64,000 bases of DNA from Octopus sinensis. Its lineage: Eukaryota. The translations under genes and the position numbers were made by a program. The stretch spans positions 11,160,001 to 11,224,000 of the forward strand of contig NC_043004.1 of assembly GCF_006345805.1 (NCBI RefSeq). Direction: 5' to 3'. This document shows, piece by piece, positions 1 through 12,290 of the stretch (the stretch's first letter is position 1; each line of letters begins with the position of its first letter). The notes beneath the pieces were generated by a model. It saw only the letters and a program-made list of their open reading frames with translations. It made no database searches and was not told the DNA's origin.

Positions 1-2994
1 TGTTGATGGTGCTTATGGTGCGAAAGAGGAGTAGGGTGGTGGAGTTATTGATGGTGATGATGATAAAATAGAGATGGTGTGATAATGGGGATGATGGCGA
101 TGATGAGGATGGTGGTGATGATATTTTCTATCATAATGCTGATAATGGTAATTTTGTAGATACCACTCATAATGTTGTGACGACTCTGTTGATGGTGAAG
201 GTGATGGTGATACTGATGATGATGAAGATCTATTTTAAAATAATGAAATCTGCTAATTAATTTGTTTGGAGTATCTAATGTTTTCTAATAATTATTACAG
301 TTTACATTGTCTAAAAATTTATAATTTCCAGTTTTGATATGTTTGTATCACAATGTGCTTTTGACATTTCTTTTTTTTTTTCTATCAAAGATTTATTTCA
401 TATTCATGATTCAATCACAAAACTAATTTTATTTACAGCAAGGTAATCAGCCTATGCTGCGAGCTAACGTTTCTTAAAGACTCTGTTTACTTTTCTTCTA
501 GAAATAAAAAGCTAGCTCAAATATTTGCAACGCCACAATCTGCAGTTTTGAAATTAAAAATGTATCCATCGTCAGGCAAATTATATCACTTCCAGTGTCC
601 CTTCATATTTCTCAGGTATTTTTGAAGAAATATAACTTGAATAAGAAACGTGGCTGTAATTCACATAATTTCTACCAAATATAAATTTCTTTCAAATAAA
701 GTATTTGATTTCAGTGCACAACACTGTTCAAAGATAACTACTGTAGGAAATTATTACAGTACATGATAAAGACTGTAGAATGACATCTGTTATATATTTC
801 CGATAGTCAATTACTCTTCTGAGACTATGGCTGAAGCGGTAAGACCGAAAATGGCTTGAAAGTCATATCATGCCGGCGGGAAATAACATTACTACATGAG
901 ACAAGCTGACACTGAATCAGCTTCGCTGACTGACAAGTGACGGTCGTTTAGAGAATGCGCGGGCTAAAATTACGCGCCTTCACTAGTCAGTTAAGGTGAG
1001 ACAGTGCCACGTGACAACTTGCTGGGGTTGCCTGCTGGAGTCTGAGGGCAGGTTTTTAAAGGGAAAAATTTGACAAGTCAGTCAGTCACTGGCTGACACT
1101 CGCTGACGATACACCGAAGAGGCCAGGGAACAGAAGAAAGAAGAAAGAAGACATGCACCCAACACCAGAGCTGAAGACACATCCGAAAGGGGGGGGGGGG
1201 CGCCACGTCAAAACGATAGAGGAGTAGGGGCCGAAACCGGACGTGGTTCCTCCTGATGATGTCTTGAGCTAACTGGATCGTATAAAGGAGCTGTTGTGGT
1301 AGCAGACCACGAAACACGGTTGTAATTCCTCCGTGTTATCAAAAGTTCATATGAGCAAGGAGATAGAAATATTCATTTTCTATCTCTGTGCATCTTTTAT
1401 TATGTATTTATGTTTACACCTGTCTGCTTTCCAGATGTGTGGCGGAAAGTACAAAACCTAATCGCTTCAAGTTCAGGAAGGATGGTTATTTAAATTCCAT
1501 ATTCTTTAAAAGATAAAATGAAATAAAATGAATTGAAATAAAAGAAGAAATGTAAGACATCTTGGCAACTTGGTGTAGAGACCAACACCTATGTCATCAC
1601 TATGTGTGTGTTGATCATGATCCTTAATCCATTGTATTAACGCATCTGACTAAGAAAAGGAAAAGGGGTTCCAAATCCACATCTACATTATTCTCTTAGA
1701 AAAACCTATAACATCCGATATATTTTCTTTTCTAGAATGGTCCGCTTTACCACATCTCTTTTTAATTTCTAGATTTTCTTCCGGTATGACGAGATTATAG
1801 ATGCTGCTTCTTTTAAAGTCGGTTTTCTACTGGTTTTACCGGTGATATTCCATTAGGTTTGCTGTTGTTGCTATTATTATTACAATTGCACTTTGTTGCT
1901 GTATTTGCTGTTACTTTTATAATCATTTTACAAATCTTTCAACTGAAAAACTTTCAAATCGCTTCAAATATTACCTACACCCACAACCAGCCTGATATCA
2001 GTTCTTATAACTCATTTCTTATTCGTTATGTGCTACAAAATGACGATCAACCAAGTGTCAGTAATATTCCCAATACCGTTGTCTGTGATCGTCTTGACCT
2101 CAGTTTGAAAATCAGATATAAGATCCCAGCCTCCAGAGTTTTCTTTAACCACGTTGAGAAAATCCGTTGTTTAGATTTGCAGCCTTACTATTTCCCTCCT
2201 CTTGGATAAAAAAAGACCTTCAAGAAAGGCAACTTACTCTTTGGTCTTGTATTCTTGCAACGTAGTTCTTTTCTTGTCAGAATCTCTGAAGATCCGTAAA
2301 TACAAACAATTACTATCAGTCATTCTTGACGTCATTCAACACAATACTGTGGCTTCATCAAGATTGGCAATCAGCAAAATACTTGCGTATGTAAGTATAA
2401 AAGTCTTATTCGTAACAGACTCGTTAAATTGTTGAAATTTGCTTATTCAATTATTGAAGGATTACTTCTTTCGTATTCAATTCGTGTGTTTTATTATGAG
2501 CTGAAATTTATACTAATTGTTTGTTTTTTTTTTGAATTACTTGATACTTATACTCCTTTTCACGGCATATTTTAAACTAAGACAGAGCATCAAAATGCGC
2601 TTTCTCTTTTTAGCAGTTTAAACAACATGTTATATAAACAAACACATATTAAAACAGTTTCTATTCTCTAAAGCTTCTTGCATTATAGGAGATGTTTCAA
2701 CCGTATATCTACAGAGTAACTCACCCAAATTTGAGCTGGCATCCCGCTCCCACATCCCCCATTTCCTTTCTCTTGCCGCATCGAATATATCTCTTACTGA
2801 ACATTTTTCTCAATTCTTCCATCATATTATTTTCTACCCTTGGAAAAATCCTCTTTGTCTACGTGGCGATACATACGTACATACATACATACATACATAC
2901 ATACACCCATTTGCACATACACTCATATATATATATATATAGGTTTATGTCTATCACTGTTTGAGTTGCCTAATAGTGTTTTTATCTCTAATTC

Positions 2995-3079
<85 letters not shown>

Positions 3080-3355
3080 TTAATAAGGGTGAGAGAATTA
3101 GATACTAATTTAATAGTATATCTATTCAACACCAAGTGGCCTAGTGCTCCGAGAAACCTGGATTATTATAATATTTTATAATATATTATAATATTTTTAC
3201 AAAATAAATATAAGAGAGTGGTCACTATATGGCTCACTCTAGCACCAGTTAATCCAAAAGGTTTCAACCACAAAAATACATGTTTCCCATGAAAGTCAGT
3301 ACGATTGTTAGCTCACACGGACAGGGCAAATAAAAAATAACAAAAATACAGATTA

Positions 3356-3437
3356 TTTTGGGACGATTGTTTCGCTATTAATGAATTAAATGTAATTTTA
3401 CTTACAAAAAAATCCACTTGTAGCTCCTCAGCCAAAA
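3356..3437 (-). ncRNA. Minimal type I hammerhead ribozyme (inverted copy)
   Basis: Reverse complement reads TTTTGG-CTGAGGA-GCTA..TAGC-GAAA-CAATCG-TC-CCAAAA. Confidence 0.8.
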
Positions 3438-3854
3438 CTATCTGGATGAAATCCACTCAATCACACGCCAGATTTTACCATAACGATAAATACGCGTGTG
3501 GTTCAATTGATTACATCCGACGTTATAATTCAAATGCCCCAACTAACAGCGCGCCAAACTTTCACGGAAAACAAATACAGCATTTAGAAATAAATGCAGC
3601 ATAATTATAATTAATTAATAAGGGTGAGAGAATTAGATATTAATTTAATAGTATATCTATTCAACACCAAGTGGCCTAGTGCTCCGAGAAACCTGCATTT
3701 ATTTCTAAATGCTGTATTTGTTTTCCGTGAAAGTTTGGCGTGCTGTTAGTTGGGGCATTTGAATTATAACGTCGGATGTAATCAATTGAACCACACGCGT
3801 ATTTATCGTTATGGTAAAATCTGGCGTGTGATTGAGTGGATTTCATCCAGATAG

Positions 3855-3936
3855 TTTTGGCTGAGGAGCTACAAGTGGATTTTTTTGTAAGTAAAATTAC
3901 ATTTAATTCATTAATAGCGAAACAATCGTCCCAAAA
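3855..3936 (+). ncRNA. Minimal type I hammerhead ribozyme, direct copy 1
   Basis: Stem I TTTTGG/CCAAAA, core CTGAGGA (3861-3867), stem II GCTA/TAGC, GAAA (3919-3922), stem III CAATCG, GUC triplet with predicted cleavage after 3930. Confidence 0.8.
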
Positions 3937-4388
3937 TAATCTGTATTTTTGTTATTTTTTATTTGCCCTGTCCGTGTGAGCTAACAATCGTACTGACTTT
4001 CATGGGAAACATGTATTTTTGTGGTTGAAACCTTTTGGATTAACTGGTGCTAGAGTGAGCCATATAGTGACCACTCTCTTATATTTATTTTGTAAAAATA
4101 TTATAATATATTATAAAATATTATAATAATCCAGGTTTCTCGGAGCACTAGGCCACTTGGTGTGAATAGATATACTATTAAATTAGTATCTAATTCTCTC
4201 ACCCTTATTAATTAATTATAATTATGCTGCATTTATTTCTAAATGCTGTATTTGTTTTCCGTGAATGTTTGGCGCGCTGTTAGTTGGGGCATTTGAATTA
4301 TAACGTCGGATGTAATCAATTGAACCACACGCGTATTTATCGTTATGGTAAAATCTGGCGTGTGATTGAGTGGATTTCATCCAGATAG

Positions 4389-4470
4389 TTTTGGCTGAGG
4401 AGCTACAAGTGGATTTTTTTGTAAGTAAAATTACATTTAATTCATTAATAGCGAAACAATTGTCCCAAAA
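4389..4470 (+). ncRNA. Minimal type I hammerhead ribozyme, direct copy 2
   Basis: TTTTGG-CTGAGGA-GCTA..TAGC-GAAA-CAATTG-TC-CCAAAA; all canonical core nucleotides present; predicted cleavage after 4464. Confidence 0.85.
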
Positions 4471-4921
4471 TAATCTGTATTTTTGTTAATTTTTATTTGC
4501 CCTGTCCGTGTGAGCTAACAATCGTACTGACTTTCATGGGAAACATGTATTTTTGTGGTTGAAACCTTTTGGATTAACTGGTGCTAGAGTGAGCCATATA
4601 GTGACCACTCTCTTATATTATTTTGTAAAAATATTATAATATATTATAAAATATTATAATAATCCAGGTTTCTCGAGCACTAGGCCACTTGGTGTTGAAT
4701 AGATATACTATTAAATTAGTATCTAATTCTCTCACCCTTATTAATTAATTATAATTATGCTGCATTTATTTCTAAATGCTGTATTTGTTTTCCGTGAAAG
4801 TTTGGCGCGCTGTTAGTTGGGGCATTTGAATTATAACGTCGGATGTAATCAATTGAACCACACGCGTATTTATCGTTATGGTAAAATCTGGCGTGTGATT
4901 GAGTGGATTTCATCCAGATAG

Positions 4922-5003
4922 TTTTGGCTGAGGAGCTACAAGTGGATTTTTTTGTAAGTAAAATTACATTTAATTCATTAATAGCGAAACAATTGTCCCA
5001 AAA
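4922..5003 (+). ncRNA. Minimal type I hammerhead ribozyme, direct copy 3
   Basis: Same motif as copy 2; predicted cleavage after 4997. Confidence 0.85.
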
Positions 5004-5453
5004 TAATCTGTATTTTTGTTATTTTTTATTTGCCCTGTCCGTGTGAGCTAACAATCGTACTGACTTTCATGGGAAACATGTATTTTTTGGTTGAAACCTT
5101 TTGGATTAACTGGTGCTAGAGTGAGCCATATAGTGACCACTCTCTTATATTTATTTTGTAAAAATATTATAATATATTATAAAATATTATAATAATCCAG
5201 GTTTCTCGAGCACTAGGCCACTTGGTGTTGAATAGATATACTATTAAATTAGTATCTAATTCTCTCACCCTTATTAATTAATTATAATTATGCTGCATTT
5301 ATTTCTAAATGCTGTATTGTTTTCCGTGAAAGTTTGGCGCGCTGTTAGTTGGGGCATTTGAATTATAACGTCGGATGTAATCAATTGAACCACACGCGTA
5401 TTTATCGTTATGGTAAAATCTGGCGTGTGATTGAGTGGATTTCATCCAGATAG

Positions 5454-5535
5454 TTTTGGCTGAAGAGCTACAAGTGGATTTTTTTGTAAGTAAAATTACA
5501 TTTAATTCATTAATAGCGAAACAATTGTCCCAAAA
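5454..5535 (+). ncRNA. Minimal type I hammerhead ribozyme, direct copy 4
   Basis: Core CTGAAGA (change at the variable N7 position), GAAA-CAATTG-TC-CCAAAA; predicted cleavage after 5529. Confidence 0.85.
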
Positions 5536-5602
5536 TAATCTGTATTTTTGTTTGGATTAACTGGTGCTAGAGTGAGCCATATAGTGACCACTCTCTTATA
5601 TT

Positions 5603-5640
<38 letters not shown>

Positions 5641-5759
5641 TTATATATATATATATATATATATGTTGGTGTGCGTGTGTGAGTGTGTGCTTGTGTGTCT
5701 GTGTGCGCATTATTTTTTAAGAATAGTATTAATAGTGATTCGAATTTTCGGTAGCTGAG

Positions 5760-6150
5760 CTATTCATCGGACTGTGTTACATTTGAGTTTATCTTGCTTT
5801 CATATTGTCTCTGTTTAAATAAAATCCAGATCACTTTTTCCTTCGGATAGGTGGAGTCCTGTTGAGCGGTACGTACGTTGTAAAGTGAATTCTGATCTGA
5901 GGTGTTATTAAACATTTTTTTCGGTGTAAATTTGAGGTTATGCTATTGTTCAGAATTTATTCATTCGTGTAAAACCATGGAAACAGATGTGTAAGTTTAA
6001 GTGTCAGCTTCAGGTCATGGGATTGCTTTTTTAGGCGTTTCATCTAAGAATGTAGGTAGGTACGTGTTTTTGGGTCAGCAGATGGGTCGTTGGTTTTACT
6101 GGATTTAATACTTTGCTTTGAGTATGTTAAGTTCAAATTCGATATATATT
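5760..6150 (-). pseudogene. Highly degenerate Penelope-like ORF remnant (RT to GIY-YIG linker region)
   Basis: Manual minus-strand translation gives KRLKKQSHDLKLTLKLTHL and LHLSEGKSDLDFI*TETI*KQDKLKCNTV, loosely resembling PLE linker motifs; many stops. Confidence 0.25.
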
Positions 6151-6235
6151 AATATATTTGATTGGGTCTGCCAATTTAAAAAAAAAATTATAAATCAAAT
6201 TATTTTACATCAAATACTACTCCTTATTTTATGAT

Positions 6236-6538
6236 ACTCTTTTACTTGTTTCAGTCATTTGACTGCGGCCATGCTGGAGCACCGCCTTTAGTCGAGCAAA
6301 TCGACCCCGGGACTTATTCTTTGTAAGCCTAGTACTTATTCTATCGGTCTCTTTTGCCGAACCGCTAAGTGACGGGGACGTAAACACACCAGCATCGGTT
6401 GTCAAGCAATGCTAGGGGGACAAACACAGACAAACAAACATATACACACACACTTATATATATACATATATACGTCAGGCTTCTTTCAGTTTCCGTCTAC
6501 CAAATCCACTCACAAGGCATTGGTCGGCCCGGGGCTAT
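6236..6538 (-). mobile_element. tRNA-derived SINE family A, 5'-truncated
   Basis: Body and 3' end (gactgcggccatgctggagcaccgcc; gtcagtttccgtctaccaaatccactcacaagg) shared with copies at 21457, 24647 and 25843; internal CA/TA microsatellite. Confidence 0.8.
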
Positions 6539-6591
6539 ATATGTATATACATATATATACATATATATATACATATAAACACGTATGTATT

Positions 6592-6639
<48 letters not shown>

Positions 6640-7749
6640 GCATATAGATATATATGCAGATTCTGCACATATTGCATCTGTGTTTAGATGAAATAAATCT
6701 ATGTATGATTCGTTTCCTGAGAAGATTTCAACGTATAGAAATTGCAGCATGTACCTATCGAATACCATCAGCTCACCTTAAGATTTAAATATAACTGGCA
6801 AAATGTTTGAGAGAAAGTATGCATGCACGGCAATGTACTCAATTGTCTATTTTCTTATCATACCTGCCTCAAAGACATAATTTAACCGATGCAAAGAAGA
6901 ACAAGAAGAGCAAAACAATAAAATCTACAGCAAGCCATGTGTGGATTAATCAATCATTTAGAGGTTTAGCAAATAGATGAGAATATGCTTGGAAATGCGT
7001 AGATGATAAATATTTCTCAACAACCCAGCTTAAGTTTTAAAATAGGAGATTTTAGCATCGTGTTTTCTTTATCTCTACTGGTCCTGGCAGCGAGACGGAA
7101 ATATCTTACAGAACGTACACTTTCTCACTGTCGAGTGAAACTGACAATCAACGATGGACAAAACCCATTCAGACGGTCATGTACTAAACTAATCCTAATA
7201 AATCTTAAGAGAAACACGAATTATTCCTGGTCGACTGAGATGCTTTAATTCTCTGCTAAATCAGAATGGATTCATGATTTTGGTGACTAAATCGAAGTAA
7301 CTTTACTGCGTATATTGTAATTGCTGTCACGTATTCTTCGACAATGGAACTCAATAATTGAAGTGTGAGCTCAAGCAAATGCGAGAAGATATATAATAAT
7401 GTTATTGCTACACAAATTTGCTGCACAAAGCTTAATTAACAATGGTCATTACTATCTGCAAACAATGCTGTTAGTATTTCTGTATGAGGAAGCATCTTTA
7501 TTTTTACCTTCTTTAAAAGCAGTAACGCAAGTGTGTATGCATATATGTGCGTATGTACATATGCACTTGTACATACACGTATACACGCGCACACCTCATA
7601 TATAGAATACGTTGGAATGAGAGATGTATAACAGAGAATGACTGATAGGAAGTGAGAGATAAGTAGAGATTGATAGATAGATAGTAGTTAGATAAACAGA
7701 CAGACAGCTGGCTAAATAGCCAGCTGGACAGACAGTCAGATACACAGAC

Positions 7750-7862
<113 letters not shown>

Positions 7863-9044
7863 CAGATAGATAGTTAGATAGATAGATAAACAGACAGACA
7901 GACACATAGATATATAGATAGACGGACAGACAGACAGACAGGCAGACAAACAGCTGGCCTATATAGATGGGTAAAGAGGGTGAATTAATTTTCAAAGGCA
8001 TCCGAAAGAAGATAACATGGCGTTTGTAAATGAAGGGATAGTTAGATAGAAAGATGGATAATTTGAGTGATAAAAAAGAAAGAGGAGGTGATAACAGCGC
8101 AAAAGATTAAAACACATAGTCAAAAAGTATGTGAGTATTAGAAAAAGAATGAAAAGAAGAGGCTTGAATATGAAACTGGTGGAATCAAAAATGCAAAATA
8201 TTTTGATTTATAATCAGCCACAAATTATATATATGAATATCGCGATTCTACGTTTCGCAAATCATGACTTTTTACCCAAACACTGTATTTCCGATGGCAA
8301 GTTCGGTATGGGCTCTTCGGATTCAAATCTGGTTAAGATATAACCTACAATTTGAGTAAATGAATGAGTTTTTAATCGAAATTAACCTTGATAATTTGCA
8401 CATGTTCTATTTTAGTCATTAAAATTGCATCAAATACGGGAAGCTTTCATGAAGAGGATGGGCAACATAGCTGCTATACGGATGTCTGGAATTCTCTTTC
8501 TGTAAAGGAGAAGGAATATTTAGCAATTTCAGAACTTTGACATCGAACATGGATCACTATATCCGCTGAAAAAAGCAACTAAAGAACACGATCACGATTC
8601 GCTAAAATGTTACCAACGTCATCAGTATGCTTGACCATTCAAGCCTTCTTAAGTAACCGGATCTAAGAGCAATTCATGTTCGGCGCGCTGTCTATGACCA
8701 AGACCATCATTATATAATCCTCGCCTTGTAGCCATGAGGTGTCAGCATTCAGACTATAGTAGCAGTGAACCAGCACCAGATCAGAGCTGTATCATAACAT
8801 CAAAACAATGGTACGACAGCGGCAGTCGCACACCATAACCAACTAACTTCTGTCATACCTAGTCCAAAAGCAAATCATATAAGCTTCGGACTATCTTGGG
8901 GTAAACATTATTCACTTAGCTTTCGTAGTAACGACAACATATTTGTTAAAACGGTAAAAATAAATATCTTTGCATTAAAAGCATCGGAGTTTGTGTTCTT
9001 CGTAAAATACATATCTCATTCCACTATATTGGTTTCATAGTTAA

Positions 9045-9231
9045 GCTCAAGGCCAAATTCAGGAGAGTGGGTTACTCGATTACATCGACCCCTGTTCAAC
9101 TGGTATTTATTTGATCAAAAACATGAAAGGCAAAGTCGACCTCGGTGGCATTTGAGCTTAGAACGTAACGTCGGAGGTAATGATGCAGAGCATTTTTTCT
9201 GATGCTGTAACGATTCTGCCCGCTCTCTGCC
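9045..9231 (-). mobile_element. SINE family C copy
   Basis: Reverse complement of the ctggcagaaacgttagc...gttctgagttcaaat...gaggtcgactttgcctttcat motif seen at 30761, 43509 and 54716. Confidence 0.7.
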
Positions 9232-10343
9232 TTTCACATTCCACGATATTGAGATCTACTTTTAACAAAACTATGAGAAATTTTTTTATGGAGCATTCAA
9301 ATGTACATCCTTACTTCGCTAACATCAGCAATTAATAACCTTCAGATGACCAGAGTATAAATTGGGAGCTCACATGTAATCCTCAACACTTGACGCCAGA
9401 CAGCTACGCTAAACATCAGATTATGGTGCAATTTACAACTGAGAGATAATAGATCGCCTATGCAACGAATTTCATACACGCTGAGAAGGTAACGAAGTAT
9501 CCTATATGTAGCCACTTTTTTAAAAATTAGCAGCTGAAACTCCTTCAGATTACGACTTAATATTTTTAGAAAAAGATAATATACTATAATAACGTTTTTG
9601 ATTCGCTGATTGACTAAATGTCGAGATGGTTACGCGGCATATAATGCTTTCATGATATATCTATTCGATGGAGCGCTGAAAAAGTGCTAATCAAGTACAA
9701 TTCACATTGATTAAGATATTTCTCTCTTTTTTTACCAGCTATTCCTTTTTTATTTCAATTATTATCTATTAATGGGAACTCAAAGAACAATACATATTCT
9801 AGAAATGATATTCTAGAAAAGTTAAAATTTTCAGAAAAAAAAATCAACAATCTAGCACGCTCATTAAAATTCCATATTTTAGCAGGACAGCAAAAATGTG
9901 CAATTCTTTTGTCAAGTTGAACATATGAGGTTGTCTGTTTTTACTGATATTCCAGCGATGACGCTTTGTGTCCTTGTTAAAAAGCAGTTCCTATATACGC
10001 ACGCACATAGTTACATACGTACACTCATACATATATTTATAAATATGTGCGCGTGTGTGTATTAGCAACTTGTAACGTCATAAACAGCAATAGTTACAAG
10101 AAAACAGAAAATAATAGTTCAGTTATAATGTGATTGAAAACATGCGGCATTTTTTCATATGAGATCCGAGTAGGTGTAAGGGTCATTTACAAAAAGGTTT
10201 TGGGGATGAACCGAGAGAATAAATGAAGAGAAAACTATGATTGGTGAGTGTTTTTTTAGAGTGTTACTTTTATTTCTTATTTTACTTTTAATTATATATA
10301 ATTTAATGAGAAATAGCTCAGTTGCACAAACCATTTGAGACGG

Positions 10344-10830
10344 ATCATCATCATCATCATTGTTCGACCGTGGTCGAGACATTGGAATTTACCATGCTAC
10401 GCCAGACTTCACGGTCCATCATGGTATTACGGAGGTCCTGTTGCTGGATGCCTGTATCCCTGGAGATTACATCAGGGTAGGAGAGTGTGCGCCCTCTGGT
10501 ATTGCGAGTAGATGGCTTCCAGAGGAGAAGAGTAGAAATTACTTCTTTTTCAGCTCTACAACAATGTCCAGCAAACTGGACTCTCTTACCTTTCACAAGA
10601 GATGACACAGGTGGTAGTTTCCCATATATTTGCATTTTGGTTGGATGGTGCTTCCACGAGAGATTTTGAGCTCTCATAAGGAGGCGAGTGTAGGTTCCAT
10701 CCAACCGCCTCTCAAGAGACGGATAATATATGCGCTCATTGCAAATATTACGATTGCGACAGTTCTAAAGATGTATTTGTGCAACTTGCACGAACAAATG
10801 CTAAGGGACATTTTAGTTTGGTAACTTCAG
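10344..10830 (-). mobile_element. 5'-truncated RTE-clade LINE 3' end
   Basis: ORF 10357-10704 (DGTYTRLLMRAQNLSW..RVQFAGHCCR..LLLWKP..DREVWR) is a typical RTE post-RT C-terminus; ends in a (GAT)n tail at 10344-10361. Confidence 0.85.
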
Positions 10831-10988
10831 CTCATCGTTTATCTCTCGTTGTGCATCGATGAACGGTATATACATAAAGATATACGTATATACACACGCC
10901 AGCCTACAAACATACGCACACACACACACTCCCCCCTCTCTCTCTCTGTTTGTCAGTATGTATAACTCTCTCTCCCAGTCTCTCTTTC

Positions 10989-11066
<78 letters not shown>

Positions 11067-12074
11067 AGTCTCTGTCTGTCTGTTTCTCAGCCACACGACA
11101 GGATTGCCGGATAGTTTTCATTCATCAATTCTGAATGTCTGCCCTCAACTAGAGATTATGTTTACAAACCTTTACTCAGCTTTTGAAAGCATTTACTCTC
11201 ATTACAATAGATAGCAAAACAATATATAAATGGAAGCATACAAGAAACACTAGCCACGTATAGGATGTACCAGTTGTAATGGACACAATAGAAGGTATCC
11301 AGAGATTAAACCAGCACTCGGAAATGAATTTCAGAACCCAAAACAATACTGATACGACTGAAATTCTGGAGAAAAATATATTTAGATTCCCTTTCACAAA
11401 TGAACACAAGATAACAGAATCAGGAGGGGAAAAACGGACACAAACAGGTACTAATTAACAACAGATATTTTGAAAGAATAGTAGACCCATGTGCTGATCT
11501 ATAGTGGCTGTAAAACTAGGCAATGAATTCACATTTTATATGCGAAATACTCTATATGAATGGCATTTATACTACGTATGTAGCAGAAACACAATAAAAA
11601 ATATCATCACGCGTTCAAAAATATTTTTTTATACTATAGCCACAATATCTGAAATTTTGGTCGAGGTGCCTCGACGATTACGCTGAGCCCGGTACTCAAC
11701 TGCTATTTATTTTATTGACACCAAAAGAATGAAAGACAAAGTCGATCTTTTGATCGTATAGTTTTGAAACTAAAGTTCAACAATATAATATCAAAGGGTA
11801 GCTTATCAACAACAAACCACAACAAACCTAATTTCAAGCTATAATTGACCATGGTATTTCATAAATTTAACAAGGGAAAGTCAAGTTTACGATTTTATCA
11901 GTTATATTGGCCAGACAAGTACAACACTATCTTGTAAACCTACTAGGCATATTATACTATAAACCAAAAACAGGCGACAACACTACAGACCATAAAATAA
12001 AGCTACATACAAAATATTAACCGTAAATACGTCCATACTATAGGGAGTTCTCCACATAAAAAGCAAATTTTGGA

Positions 12075-12290
12075 AAAGCATGGCGATACTTCCTCAGAGG
12101 CCTACGCAAAGTTTTCATAAAGCTATCATCTTTCTCGACAAAATCAAGAGCTTGTACAACTGAAACCCGAGTGTTTATTTGGTCAGCTGAAAACAGTTTT
12201 GGTACAAACTTGGCAGACTTGCGTCTCATGCACAAACCTCCAGCGATAACGGACTGAACTGAGCCGTAACCAATCTGCACATCAACTGAT
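12075..12290 (-). pseudogene. mariner transposase fragment
   Basis: LCMRRKSAKFVPKLFSADQINTRV..DFVEKDDSFMKTL corresponds to the WVPHEL-linker region just before the first catalytic Asp. Confidence 0.7.

Larger units (their letters stand above)
3072..5608. mobile_element. Array of ~533-bp hammerhead-bearing repeat units (retrozyme / Penelope pseudo-LTR-like): one inverted copy plus ~3.5 direct copies
   Basis: Landmark GCATTTATTTCTAAATGC recurs at 3695, 4229, 4762 and 5295 (period 534/533/533). 3072-3695 is the reverse complement of the unit (agggtgagag at 3086 and 3621, period 535). Copies are near-identical; the last has an internal deletion near 5550. No ORF. Flanked by (TA)n on both sides. 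Confidence 0.9.

Noticed and set aside
1860-2440. Possible APE endonuclease remnant on the minus strand (IVIVCIYGS..)
   Set aside because: Too degenerate; no catalytic motif convincingly recovered by eye.
3072-5608. CRISPR array or tRNA/rRNA cluster interpretation of the tandem repeat
   Set aside because: Units are ~533 bp and wholly repeated with no unique spacers; no tRNA or rRNA motifs; eukaryotic context.
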